Shown one piece after another: positions 16,454 to 25,254 of a stretch of DNA of 64,000 bases (position 1 is its first letter; each line of letters opens with the position of its first letter). The stretch lies in assembly GCA_040290255.1 (NCBI GenBank), contig PSMU01000001.1, positions 30,958 through 94,957 of the forward strand. Direction: 5' to 3'. The DNA comes from Nitrososphaerota archaeon (GTDB lineage Archaea; Thermoproteota; Nitrososphaeria; PSMU01). The notes below the pieces were generated by a model. That model was not told where the DNA came from. It did not search any database and worked only from the letters and a program-made list of their open reading frames with translations. The translations under genes were made by a program, and so were the position numbers.

Positions 16454-17431
16454 ATGGGCATCAAACTTCTTCCGCTCGCAGCCGAGAGCTTGGGCGTGCG
16501 GTCGATGTGCACATATATAGAGACGCCGGACGTCAGGCTGCTGCTCGACGCCGGCGCTGCCCTTGGCCCCAGGTTCGGCCTTCTACCTCACCCTCAGGAA
16601 TATCGGGCGCTGGCGGCCGCCAGAAGGGCGATAAGGGAGTTCTCCCAGAAGGCGGACCTCATTACGGTCTCGCACTATCATTACGATCACTTCACCCATC
16701 CTTGGCCGAACGTCGAAGCCCTGTGGACCTGGTGCTCTAGGCATGAAGCCCAAGAGGTCTACGGCGGGAAGAGGGTGTACATAAAGGACTACAGGTCCAA
16801 GATAAACGCCAGCCAGAGGAGGAGAGGCTATGAGTTTTACAAGGAGGTGAGCTCCTTTGCCGAGCTGGTCCCCGCCGATGGTCTAGAGCTAAGGTTCGGC
16901 CCGACCTTGGTCAAGTTCTTGGGCCCCTTCACCCATGGCGAGGAGGCGGGAGGCCTGGGGTATGTGCTATGCGTGCTCGTAAAACGAGATGCCGAGAGCC
17001 TCTGCTTCTACCCCGACCTTCAGGGCCCCCTGGATGAGGGAGCCCTTGAGCTATTGAAGCGTGAAAGGCCCCAAGTCCTTATTTTAGGCGGGCCTCCCGT
17101 CTACCTAAGGGGCTACAAAGTCACCGAAGAGCAGATCGCGAAGGCTATCGCAAACCTGAAGCGCGCCATCGCCCTTGTGGGCGAGGTGGCCCTCATAGAG
17201 CACCACCTATTGCGCGATGCCGAGGGGTTGAGGTTGCTCGAGGTTATAAAGGAAGAGGCTAGGGGCAGGGGCGTCAGGGTAGGCACCTTCGCGGAGTTCA
17301 GGGATATGAAGCCCAACCCCTTAGAGGCCAGGAGGACCGAGCTATACCAAAAGGACCCTCCTGATAAGGAGTTTATCCGCTGGACGCGTCTTCCTCCAGA
17401 GGAGAGGGCACATCGGCTTCCCCCCCTTTAA
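16454..17431 (+). CDS. Metallo-beta-lactamase-fold protein, UPF0282-like
   Basis: ORF 16394..17431; likely start at Met21 (MGIKLLPLAAESLGVRSMCTYIETPDVRLLLDAGAALGPR...ITVSHYHYDHF). Resembles, from memory, the archaeal UPF0282 family. Confidence 0.55.
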   Translation: MGIKLLPLAAESLGVRSMCTYIETPDVRLLLDAGAALGPRFGLLPHPQEYRALAAARRAIREFSQKADLITVSHYHYDHFTHPWPNVEALWTWCSRHEAQEVYGGKRVYIKDYRSKINASQRRRGYEFYKEVSSFAELVPADGLELRFGPTLVKFLGPFTHGEEAGGLGYVLCVLVKRDAESLCFYPDLQGPLDEGALELLKRERPQVLILGGPPVYLRGYKVTEEQIAKAIANLKRAIALVGEVALIEHHLLRDAEGLRLLEVIKEEARGRGVRVGTFAEFRDMKPNPLEARRTELYQKDPPDKEFIRWTRLPPEERAHRLPPL

Positions 17432-17825
17432 GTTGCACGTCTATCCCGCTTTTCTTGAGCAGCTCGTTGGCATATTCCTGCGTTATGACCTTTGCCAGGA
17501 CTAGGTTCACCAGGGCATTGGGCGAGGCCTGGCCCGTCACCCTTCCCACGTTTCCCCTTATCTGCCTCCACTTGAGCTTCGAATTGTTGCTCTTAGATGT
17601 GTAGACGATACCTAGGACGTCCCTGGCATTTATGAAGGTGATGTCCCTTATGGCCTTCAGCGTCGCCTTGTCAGCAGCTTCGACATATATGGTGCCCTCG
17701 CCCGCCCTCTCAGGGAAGACCTCCCGGTCCCTAAGGTAGCTCTCAGGTATGAAGGAGTAGCAGGTGCTGTATATCAGGAACCGCCGGAAGGCCTCGAGGG
17801 GGGCCACTGTATCGATTTCAGGCAT
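17373..17825 (-). CDS. Hypothetical protein (150 aa)
   Basis: ATG 17825 lies about 26 bp from the TATA-like box ccttaaaaaagaacc (minus-strand reading). No recognisable motif. The 3' end overlaps the convergent gene by 59 nt. Confidence 0.45.
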   Translation of the reverse strand: MPEIDTVAPLEAFRRFLIYSTCYSFIPESYLRDREVFPERAGEGTIYVEAADKATLKAIRDITFINARDVLGIVYTSKSNNSKLKWRQIRGNVGRVTGQASPNALVNLVLAKVITQEYANELLKKSGIDVQLKGGEADVPSPLEEDASSG

Positions 17826-17928
17826 GGTCTGAACTTCGCGGGTTCTTTTTTAAGGTTTTACGGAGGGGCGGGCTCCCCACTCAAGATCCAGATCATGGCA
17901 TCAGCTGGGCTTTTCCGGTCATAGCCCT

Positions 17929-18627
17929 TTAACCAGAGCCTCGCCCTTGGTAAAAAGCTTTTGCGAGCGGCCCGTGCTCCCCTGCGCTTAGGAGCGTGTC
18001 CAGCGACGTCGGCCTGAACTCCATGTCCAGCTCCTCCTGTAGCGATTTTATGACGGGGGGCTTGACTTCTGCCACGGTTAAGGGCCTGCCAAGCTCCCCC
18101 TGTAGCGTCGTCATAACGCTGGGGTCCAGGCCGCAGGGGCTTATCAGGCGGAAGTAGGACAGGTCGGCGTTTACGTTGAGCGCGAAGCCGTGGTATGTCA
18201 CCCAGTTCCTGACCGCCACCCCTATCGAGGCAACCTTCCTGCCAGCTACCCAGACCCCGGTGTGCCCCTCTATCCTATAGGCCTCGATACCGAGGCTGGC
18301 CACCGAGCGGATAAGGGCCTGCTCGAGCAGCCTTAGGTACCCTTTCACGGACAAGCCCCTTTGAGTTAACTTGAGGATGGGGTAGCCCACGAGCTGCCCG
18401 GGCCCATGATAGGTGGCCATGCCGCCTCTTTCGACCCAATATACCGGCAGGGGGAGGTTGCTGGGCAGCTCTGCCCCCCTCCTGCCCACCGTAATTACGT
18501 GGTCATGCTCTACCAGCAGTAGCAGGTCGGGCACGTTATCCTGCTCGCGCTGCATCACCAAGGCCCTCTGCAGCGCCCAGGTCCTGCCATAATCCTGCCT
18601 TCCGAGGTCCAATAAGAGGCCGCTCAA
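17929..18627 (-). CDS. lipB: Octanoyl/lipoyl transferase LipB
   Basis: LLLVEHDHVITVGRRG, ERGGMATYHGPGQLVGYP, RKVASIGVAV and SPCGL are LipB motifs. Confidence 0.88.
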   Translation of the reverse strand: MSGLLLDLGRQDYGRTWALQRALVMQREQDNVPDLLLLVEHDHVITVGRRGAELPSNLPLPVYWVERGGMATYHGPGQLVGYPILKLTQRGLSVKGYLRLLEQALIRSVASLGIEAYRIEGHTGVWVAGRKVASIGVAVRNWVTYHGFALNVNADLSYFRLISPCGLDPSVMTTLQGELGRPLTVAEVKPPVIKSLQEELDMEFRPTSLDTLLSAGEHGPLAKAFYQGRGSG

Positions 18628-20033
18628 AGCCTCGCCCTAAGCTGGTGATGAGGCATGCCCGCGGCGCTGGCCACCGCCTCCCTGAGGGCCTCCGGCAGGG
18701 TCGGGTGCGCATGAACCACCAGCGCCAGGTCCTCGAGCGTAAGCCCGAGCTCTAAGGCCAAGGCCGCCTCGGCGATAAGGTCAGAAGCCCTGGCGCCCAC
18801 GATCGCTACGCCGAGTATGCGATGCGTAGTCCTGTCCGCCACCACTTTAGCAAAGCCCTGCGTTTCTGCCTCCGTCAAGGCCCTGCCCAGGGCGCTGAAG
18901 GGGTACCTTCCCGTTATCACCTCGTGTCCCTTCGCCCTCGCCTCCTCCTCGCCCATGCCCACCTTGGCTATCTCGGGATCCGAGAAGACGACCTCGGGAA
19001 GCGCCCTATAGCCCAGCTCCGAAGGAAGGCCCGAGGCAGCCTCGGCGGCCACATGGGCCTCCGCATAGGCCTTGTGTGCCAAGAAGGGGGGGCCCACGAC
19101 GTCGCCCGCCGCATAGAGCCAGCCCAGGTTGGTGCGCATTTGCCGGTCCACCTTGACCGCTCCCTTTTCCGAAAGCCCCACGCCCAGCTCCTGCAGGCCC
19201 AAGCCTCTTACGCGAGGCCTTCTGCCCACCGAAACCAGCACCTTATCGACCTTCCTTTCGACGATGCCATCGGCCGTCTGTACCCTGGCCGCCGTGGTGC
19301 CCTCTTTGAATTCCGCCGACAGCAGCTGACTGCGCGTCAGCACCTCAGCTCCGCTCGCTACGAGGGCGTCATGTACGCCCCTGACGAGGTCCGCATCAAA
19401 GCCCGGAAGGATATGAGGCATCATTTCCACGATGGTCACCTTTACGCCGAGCTTAGAAAAGGCCGTGCCCAGCTCTATACCCACGGCCCCTCCGCCTACG
19501 ATCAGCAGGCTCCGGGGCAGCTCGGCCAGATGAACCGCTTCCTTGGAGCTGATTACGTGCCTGCCATCAAAGCGAAGGAAGGGAAGCTCTATGGGCTCCG
19601 AGCCGGTCGCTAGTATCGCGTTACGGAACTGGATTTTTCTCTCCTCTCGTTCGCTGCTTATCGTCGCCCTCCTCTCCCCGGCCAGCTGCGCTCTGCCCTT
19701 CACCACCTCTACTCCGTAACCCGACATCAGGTATTCCAGGCCCTTCACCAGGCGCGCCACCACTTGGTCCTTCCAGGCCTGCGCGCGCGCCCACTCCAGC
19801 TTTATCCCGCTTATCTCGATGCCAACTTCGCGCAGGGAGCCGCTGCGGGCGTAGTGATGGGCGACGTTTATAAGGGCCTTTGAAGGGATGCAGGCGTAGT
19901 TGGTGCACTCGCCGCCCAGCTTGTCCTCCTCCACTAGGGTTACGCGCCGCCCCAGCTGGGCCGCCCTTATCGCCGCCGTATAACCGGCGGGCCCACCTCC
20001 TATTATCAGCAGGTCGCCTTGGCCCTCGCTCAA
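18624..20033 (-). CDS. lpdA: Dihydrolipoyl dehydrogenase (E3)
   Basis: FAD motif LIIGGGPAGYTAAIRAAQLG. Redox disulfide GGECTNYACIPSKAL. NAD motif VGGGAVGIELG. C-terminal HAHPTLPE. Confidence 0.93.
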   Translation of the reverse strand: MSEGQGDLLIIGGGPAGYTAAIRAAQLGRRVTLVEEDKLGGECTNYACIPSKALINVAHHYARSGSLREVGIEISGIKLEWARAQAWKDQVVARLVKGLEYLMSGYGVEVVKGRAQLAGERRATISSEREERKIQFRNAILATGSEPIELPFLRFDGRHVISSKEAVHLAELPRSLLIVGGGAVGIELGTAFSKLGVKVTIVEMMPHILPGFDADLVRGVHDALVASGAEVLTRSQLLSAEFKEGTTAARVQTADGIVERKVDKVLVSVGRRPRVRGLGLQELGVGLSEKGAVKVDRQMRTNLGWLYAAGDVVGPPFLAHKAYAEAHVAAEAASGLPSELGYRALPEVVFSDPEIAKVGMGEEEARAKGHEVITGRYPFSALGRALTEAETQGFAKVVADRTTHRILGVAIVGARASDLIAEAALALELGLTLEDLALVVHAHPTLPEALREAVASAAGMPHHQLRARL

Positions 20034-21190
20034 AGCGGCTCAAACAGCGCCAGGCTGGGTTCCTTGATATACGAGGCCAGAAGAGAAGCCAGGCTGGCCG
20101 CATAGGCGCCATCGAAGACCCTATGATCGAACGTGAGCATTAGATAGCCTATGTCGGCGATCTTTATCTGCCCCCCTTCGGCTATAGGCCTCGGGGAGAT
20201 CCTAGAGAGGCCCAAGATGGCCACTTCGGGATAATTGATGATGGGCGTTGCGAAGAGCCCTCCATACGGGCCTATGTTGGTGATCGTGAACGTGCCCTCA
20301 CGGATTTCATCGAGGCTTATTCGGCCCTCCCTGGCCTTCTTGGCCAGCTCCTCTATCTCCTGGGCAAGCTGAAAGAGGCCCTTCTTATCGGCCTCCTTCA
20401 CGACGGGCACTATCAGCCCTTCGCTCGTATCGACGGCGATGCCTATGTTATAGTACTTCTTCACCACTATCTCCTGCTTCTGCTCATCGAAGACCGCGTT
20501 GGCGAGCGGATACCTCTTGAGCACGGGGATCAGGAGCTTTATGATGAATGGGAGGTATGTGAGCTTCACGCCCCTCTCCTCGGCCATCGGCTTCAGCCTC
20601 TCCCGGAGCTCCCTCAGCCTAGTAAAGTCCGCCTCCTCCACATGCGTCACCGCGGCGGTCAACCTCTTAGATTCCACCATCTTCTCCGCGATCCTGCGCC
20701 TTATGCCGCGGAGCGGTATTCTCTCCTCGGCGAGAGGCGCGGGGGGAGCGGGAAGCACCTCCTTGGGCTTCGCCTCCTCCGCCGGCGGCCGAGCCCTCGC
20801 CAGGGCGGCCCGCTCGACGTCCTCCAGCGTTATGATGCCGCCTGGGCCCGTGCCCTTTAGCGCCTCCAGAGCTATTCCCAGCTCCTTCGCCCTTCTTCTG
20901 GCGGCGGGCATCGCCTTAACCTCCGGCAGCGCTGCCTCCTTGCGCGCTGCCTCTGGGGTCTCGATCACGATCAGCGTCTGACCCACCTTTACCCTCTCCC
21001 CCTCCTTGGCCAGCAGCTTGGCCACCCTGCCCGCAACGGGCGAGGGTATTTCGACGGTGGCCTTCTCCGTCAGCACCTCCACCAACGGGTCATTCTCCTT
21101 TACCACGTCCCCCTCCTTCACCCTCCACCTGACCACCTCCGCCTCCAGAAGGCCTTCCCCTAGGTCCGGCAGCTTGAACTCGTAGGACAA
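20030..21190 (-). CDS. Dihydrolipoamide acyltransferase (E2): lipoyl domain + PSBD + catalytic domain
   Basis: TTG start. Lipoyl domain FKLPDLGEGLLEAEV...LTEKATVEIPSP. PSBD AMPAARRRAKELGIALEALKGTGPGGIITLEDV. Catalytic motif LTFDHRVFDGAYAA. Confidence 0.9.
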   Translation of the reverse strand: MSYEFKLPDLGEGLLEAEVVRWRVKEGDVVKENDPLVEVLTEKATVEIPSPVAGRVAKLLAKEGERVKVGQTLIVIETPEAARKEAALPEVKAMPAARRRAKELGIALEALKGTGPGGIITLEDVERAALARARPPAEEAKPKEVLPAPPAPLAEERIPLRGIRRRIAEKMVESKRLTAAVTHVEEADFTRLRELRERLKPMAEERGVKLTYLPFIIKLLIPVLKRYPLANAVFDEQKQEIVVKKYYNIGIAVDTSEGLIVPVVKEADKKGLFQLAQEIEELAKKAREGRISLDEIREGTFTITNIGPYGGLFATPIINYPEVAILGLSRISPRPIAEGGQIKIADIGYLMLTFDHRVFDGAYAASLASLLASYIKEPSLALFEPL

Positions 21191-21191
21191 G

Positions 21192-22079
21192 CTATGCAGC
21201 CCCTCCCCTTGCGTTAAGGACCTCTTTAATAAAATACTCGCCCGCCCTATATGAAGTCCTCACCAGGGGGCCCGAGGCGCAGTAAAGAAAGCCCAGCTCT
21301 TGGGCGCGCCTTCTGTACTTTTCGAAGACCTCCGGGCGCACGTACTCGACCACAGGCAGGTGCCAGGTCGAGGGCCTGAGGTACTGGCCTATCGTGACGA
21401 TGTCCACACCGGCCGACCTTAGGTCCACCAGCGTCCGATACACCTCTTCCTCGCTCTCGCCCAAGCCCACCATGATCGAGGATTTGGTGTAGATTGAGGG
21501 GTGCAGCTCCTTTACGCTGCGCAGGACCTTAAGCGAGGTGCTGTAGGAGGCCCTTCTGTCCCTGACTAGAGGCGTGAGCCTCTCTACGCACTCTATGTTG
21601 TGACTTATGACGTCAGGTCCCGCCTGCACCACCTTAGAGAGCGCCTCAAGGTCGCCCTGAAAGTCGGGGATGAGCACCTCGACGAGCAGATGAGGGTTCA
21701 GGGCCTTAACCCGCTCTATCACCCTCGCGAAGTGGGAGGCGCCTCCGTCGGGCAGGTCATCCCTGTCCACCGATGTAATCACCACGTAGTCAAGCCCCAG
21801 GTCCCTTAGGGCGAGCGCGAGCCTCTGCGGTTCCGTGGGGTCCAGCCACCCCCTCGGGTTACCGCTCCTCACGTTGCAAAACCTACAGGCCCTCGTGCAG
21901 GTATCGCCCAGAATCATGAAGGTGGCAGTACCCCCTCCCCAGCATTCGCCCAAGTTAGGGCATGTGGCCTCCTCGCAGACCGTATGCAGCCCATATAGCC
22001 GCAGCGCCTGCTTTATGTTCTCGAATTTATCGTTCCTCACATACCTTACCTTAATCCAGGGGGCAGGGCGCTCGGGCAC
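21192..22079 (-). CDS. lipA: Lipoyl synthase LipA (radical SAM)
   Basis: N-terminal Cys cluster CEEATCPNLGEC and radical-SAM motif CTRACRFCNV. Confidence 0.93.
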   Translation of the reverse strand: MPERPAPWIKVRYVRNDKFENIKQALRLYGLHTVCEEATCPNLGECWGGGTATFMILGDTCTRACRFCNVRSGNPRGWLDPTEPQRLALALRDLGLDYVVITSVDRDDLPDGGASHFARVIERVKALNPHLLVEVLIPDFQGDLEALSKVVQAGPDVISHNIECVERLTPLVRDRRASYSTSLKVLRSVKELHPSIYTKSSIMVGLGESEEEVYRTLVDLRSAGVDIVTIGQYLRPSTWHLPVVEYVRPEVFEKYRRRAQELGFLYCASGPLVRTSYRAGEYFIKEVLNARGGAA

Positions 22080-22198
22080 AGGCCAGACGCAGGACCAGCG
22101 AATTTAACGTTTGCCGCGAACACTTTCAGTCACCCCCCTACCTACTATCAGTTTAAACTGCTCATCATCGTTATATAGCCTGCCCCAGCATTGACCTC

Positions 22199-23374
22199 GT
22201 GCAGGCAAGGGCCAAGATATTCATCGATGAGGCGAAGTTCATGCCCGACTATGTGCCCAACGAAACGCCCTTTAGGGGGGAGCAGATAAGCGAGCTGCTT
22301 TACCACTTCAAGCAGCTCCTAGAGGAACCGCGCCGCTTTAGCCAGCTGGCCTTCATCACGGGCCCCGTGGGTTCGGGCAAGACGTTGGTGGCCAAGAAGT
22401 TCGCCAAGGCCCTGGAGCGCGAGGCCATAAGCGCCTCCAAGAGGGTGAAGCCGGTCTACGTAAATTGTAGGATAGACCGCACGCTTTACCTCGTGCTCTC
22501 AAGGCTGCTGGCGCAGATCAGCCCTAGCTCCTCCTTTAGAGGCTTCTCGGCCCAAGAGCTCATGGCCGTCCTTCCCTCCTTTCTCCTCAAGGAGGGCGTG
22601 CACCTCCTAGTGGAGCTGGACGAAGTAGATGGTTTAGTCGCCAAGGAGGGCGGCGAGGGCCTCTATCCTCTAGTGAGGTTAAGGGAAACGGCCGAGGAGC
22701 AGTGCCTGAGCCTGCTCCTCATCTCCAAGAACCTAGGCTATATGGTGCTCCTCGATAGAAGCGTGGTCAGCTCCCTCCAGGGCCCCGTTATAAGGCTAAA
22801 GCCCTACGATAAGGAGCAGCTCTATACCATCCTTAAGCTAAGGGCCGACGAGGCCATGAGCGAGGGGGCCGTCCAGGATGGCTCCCTCAAGCTCGCCGCC
22901 TCGATCGCGGCCGACCAAGGCGACGCGAGGTATGCGTTGGAGCTCCTATACCGGGCTGGCAAGCTCGCGGAATTCGAAGGCGTGAGCACCATCACCCCCG
23001 AGCACGTTAGGAGGGCAAGAGCGAGCCTGCCCCCCTACTTAACGAGGGAGGAGCTTCATTACTTAAGCGACCAGGAAGGGGCTATCCTCCTGGCCCTGGC
23101 CAGGGCCCTAAGGCTTAGGGAGAAGGGGGAGGTCTCACTGACGGAGCTCGAGGAGGAGTACCAGGAGGTCTGCAGGCCCCTTGGGCTTACCCCCCTACAT
23201 CATACTCGCATCTGGACCCTAGTAAACGAGCTCAAGATGAAGGGGCTATTGGAGACGAGGCTCTCTGAAGGCGGAACGAGGGGTCGCTTCACGCTGGTCA
23301 GCACCCAGATCCCAGCCTCCCTTCTGCAAAGCGAGCTAGAGGGCCTGTTCGCTGCCAGGGGGAGGCAGCTTTGA
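22199..23374 (+). CDS. cdc6: Orc1/Cdc6 replication initiator
   Basis: GTG start 27 bp from the TATA-like box ttatatag. FRGEQISELLYHF, Walker A GPVGSGKT, Walker B LVELDEVDGL, and a C-terminal winged helix (TRIWTLVNELKMKGLL). Confidence 0.92.
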   Translation: MQARAKIFIDEAKFMPDYVPNETPFRGEQISELLYHFKQLLEEPRRFSQLAFITGPVGSGKTLVAKKFAKALEREAISASKRVKPVYVNCRIDRTLYLVLSRLLAQISPSSSFRGFSAQELMAVLPSFLLKEGVHLLVELDEVDGLVAKEGGEGLYPLVRLRETAEEQCLSLLLISKNLGYMVLLDRSVVSSLQGPVIRLKPYDKEQLYTILKLRADEAMSEGAVQDGSLKLAASIAADQGDARYALELLYRAGKLAEFEGVSTITPEHVRRARASLPPYLTREELHYLSDQEGAILLALARALRLREKGEVSLTELEEEYQEVCRPLGLTPLHHTRIWTLVNELKMKGLLETRLSEGGTRGRFTLVSTQIPASLLQSELEGLFAARGRQL

Positions 23375-23664
23375 CCCCTCTGAACTCAATCGAGAGGATC
23401 TTCAGCTCCCCAGGCAGGGTGCGCGTGCTCGTGGACCTCCTTGACAAGAGCGAAGTGAACATAACGCAGCTATCTAGGCTGGGCCTTAACTACGCCTCCG
23501 TGGCCAAGCATATACGCGCCCTAAAGGCCGAGGGCCTCCTCTACGAGAAGAGGTTCGGCAGGATAAGGATCGTCTGTGTCAATGAAGATGACGCGCGCAT
23601 CCCCCTGTTGAGGAGGTTCGTAAGGGAGTGGAGGAGGCTGGAACAGGGCCTAGCCAGAGCGTAG
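23371..23664 (+). CDS. Small ArsR-like winged-helix protein, translationally coupled to orc1/cdc6
   Basis: The TTG start overlaps the orc1 stop (cTTTGAcc). PGRVRVLVDLLDKSEVNITQLSRLGLNYASVAKHIRALKAEGLLYEKRFGRIRI is an ArsR/wHTH pattern. Confidence 0.65.
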   Translation: MTPLNSIERIFSSPGRVRVLVDLLDKSEVNITQLSRLGLNYASVAKHIRALKAEGLLYEKRFGRIRIVCVNEDDARIPLLRRFVREWRRLEQGLARA

Positions 23665-24009
23665 GGCCTCCTTGACCTTATCGACATAGAGCCTGTAGGC
23701 ATCGGGCTTACGAAGGCAAGTTTCACAGATACAGCTTCTGGATACACGCCTCCTATCGCAGAAGGGCAGGTATACGCACGTAGGGCAGCCGGCGGGGTTG
23801 CCGCAGATAAAGCAGTCCAGTTCGAACTCCACCTCCTCCCCCAGCGCCGCTGCCAAGATCGCCGAGACGAGGCCCAGGTCGGTTTTATCGTCGACAGAAA
23901 ACATGCGGCGCTCCCTGTCGTACTTTACGCCCGCCTCCATGAGCTTCCTGAAGGACTCGCTGCCCAGCCTTGGCAGCCTGAACGGGGAGCCGATGCGTAT
24001 CCACGTCAT
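23650..24009 (-). CDS. Cys-rich hypothetical protein (119 aa; 8 Cys in 32 residues), coupled to rfcL
   Basis: ORF 23650..24087. Met27 (MTWIRIGSPF...) forms an ATGA overlap with the rfcL stop at 24006..24009. Cys cluster: CFICGNPAGCPTCVYLPFCDRRRVSRSCICETC. Confidence 0.55.
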   Translation of the reverse strand: MTWIRIGSPFRLPRLGSESFRKLMEAGVKYDRERRMFSVDDKTDLGLVSAILAAALGEEVEFELDCFICGNPAGCPTCVYLPFCDRRRVSRSCICETCLRKPDAYRLYVDKVKEALRSG

Positions 24010-25202
24010 GGCCCTAAGCCCAACCTCCTGAGCAGCGAGGCCAAGGCCTTCGAGTCGGTTTGCGTGCCCGCCTGTCGGGCAAGCCACGGTAGGTCATCGC
24101 GCTTAACCAGGAGGAGATAGGGGAGGCAGAAGGCCCTGGTTTTTGCCTGTGATGTATGCAGGGCCCGGGCCAATGATCTCGCCAGCTGCCTTATAAGGGG
24201 CGCTTCATTCCACAGCGTCGTCTTGACAGGCCAAGGGAGCCAGTCCTCCATGAACGAAGCCACATTAGGCTTAAGGTGACGGGTTAATAGCGTGAGCATG
24301 GCGGTAAAATAGCGAAGCAGCTCCCATCTCCTCCGGCGCCTAATCCTTGCGAGCAGCAGGTCAGCATCCGCCAGCGCCCTGAGCGCGGGCGCCATCGCCC
24401 TTACTTCGAGGCCCGAGCTAACGACGCTGCTAAAGAGCGCCCGCAGCTTATCCTCCGGCGGCAAAGGGCAGGCATCCAGCGCCTGCCTTGCTTCCTCTTC
24501 ATCTTGGGCCGCAAAGAAGGCATTGACCGCCTCCTGCAGCGTCAGGCTCCTATCTTTCCTCGCTGGAGGCACCAGCTTCGTCGTAGAAAGGGTCACCAGG
24601 AGGTTCAGGGCCCTCCTAAAGTCCCCTTCGCTGGTCACCGCTACCTTCGCTAGGTCCTCTTCGCTTAGCTCGAAGTCGGCCCTTGACGCCAGCTCCCTTA
24701 AGTACAGGAAGATGAGCCGGGGGCTGCAGGGCCTAATCCTTAAGGTCATGGATTGCTTGGCCAGCTTCTTGACACGCTCATCATCCTCTTTGTTTGCGGC
24801 CATGACGAGGGGCGTCGATAGACCCTTGGCCCTGCCAAGCCTAGTCAGCAGAAACTCCAGGCCCCCCCTGTCCTCCTGTGAGAAGAGGCCATCGACCTCA
24901 TCGAGAAATAGGAGGATCCTAGATCCTTCGACCGTTATGCCGCCGCTTACGGAGGCGAGCACCTGCTCTAATGCTGGCCTAGCCCTGTAGTCGCTGGCAT
25001 TCAGTTCCCTGACGAAATAGTCTAGCGATGAGGAGGTAAGATGAACCAGGGTGGTCTTGCCCGTCCCGGGAGGTCCCACTAGGAGCACGGGCCGCGCGCC
25101 GGGGCTCCAACTGCGCAACCACCTGTAAAACTCGACCCTCTGCTGCTCATTGCCCATGAGCTCTTCCGGCGACGAAGGGCCTAAAGTCCTCAGTAGGGAC
25201 AT
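24006..25202 (-). CDS. rfcL: Replication factor C large subunit
   Basis: Walker A LVGPPGTGKTT, the RFC-typical RELNASDYR, Walker B LFLDEVDGL, and sensor region EGDFRRALNLL. Confidence 0.85.
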   Translation of the reverse strand: MSLLRTLGPSSPEELMGNEQQRVEFYRWLRSWSPGARPVLLVGPPGTGKTTLVHLTSSSLDYFVRELNASDYRARPALEQVLASVSGGITVEGSRILLFLDEVDGLFSQEDRGGLEFLLTRLGRAKGLSTPLVMAANKEDDERVKKLAKQSMTLRIRPCSPRLIFLYLRELASRADFELSEEDLAKVAVTSEGDFRRALNLLVTLSTTKLVPPARKDRSLTLQEAVNAFFAAQDEEEARQALDACPLPPEDKLRALFSSVVSSGLEVRAMAPALRALADADLLLARIRRRRRWELLRYFTAMLTLLTRHLKPNVASFMEDWLPWPVKTTLWNEAPLIRQLARSLARALHTSQAKTRAFCLPYLLLVKRDDLPWLARQAGTQTDSKALASLLRRLGLGP

Positions 25203-25254
25203 ACCCTCACCGCTGTCATAGGGCAGCCCGGGTTTTATAGGATGTTGAGCCGGC

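Noticed and set aside
15484-17928. A ubiquitin-like (SAMP/Urm1 or E1-E2-E3) modifier cassette around the JAMM gene.
   Set aside because: There is no small ORF ending in Gly-Gly, no E1-like adenylyltransferase, and no RING or E2-like ORF nearby. The neighbours are a tRNA, two unassigned small proteins and an MBL-fold protein.
22080-22198. Replication origin next to orc1/cdc6.
   Set aside because: The spacer is only 119 bp and is mostly occupied by two promoter-like boxes. I could not find repeated ORB or mini-ORB-like elements or an extended AT-rich unwinding element.
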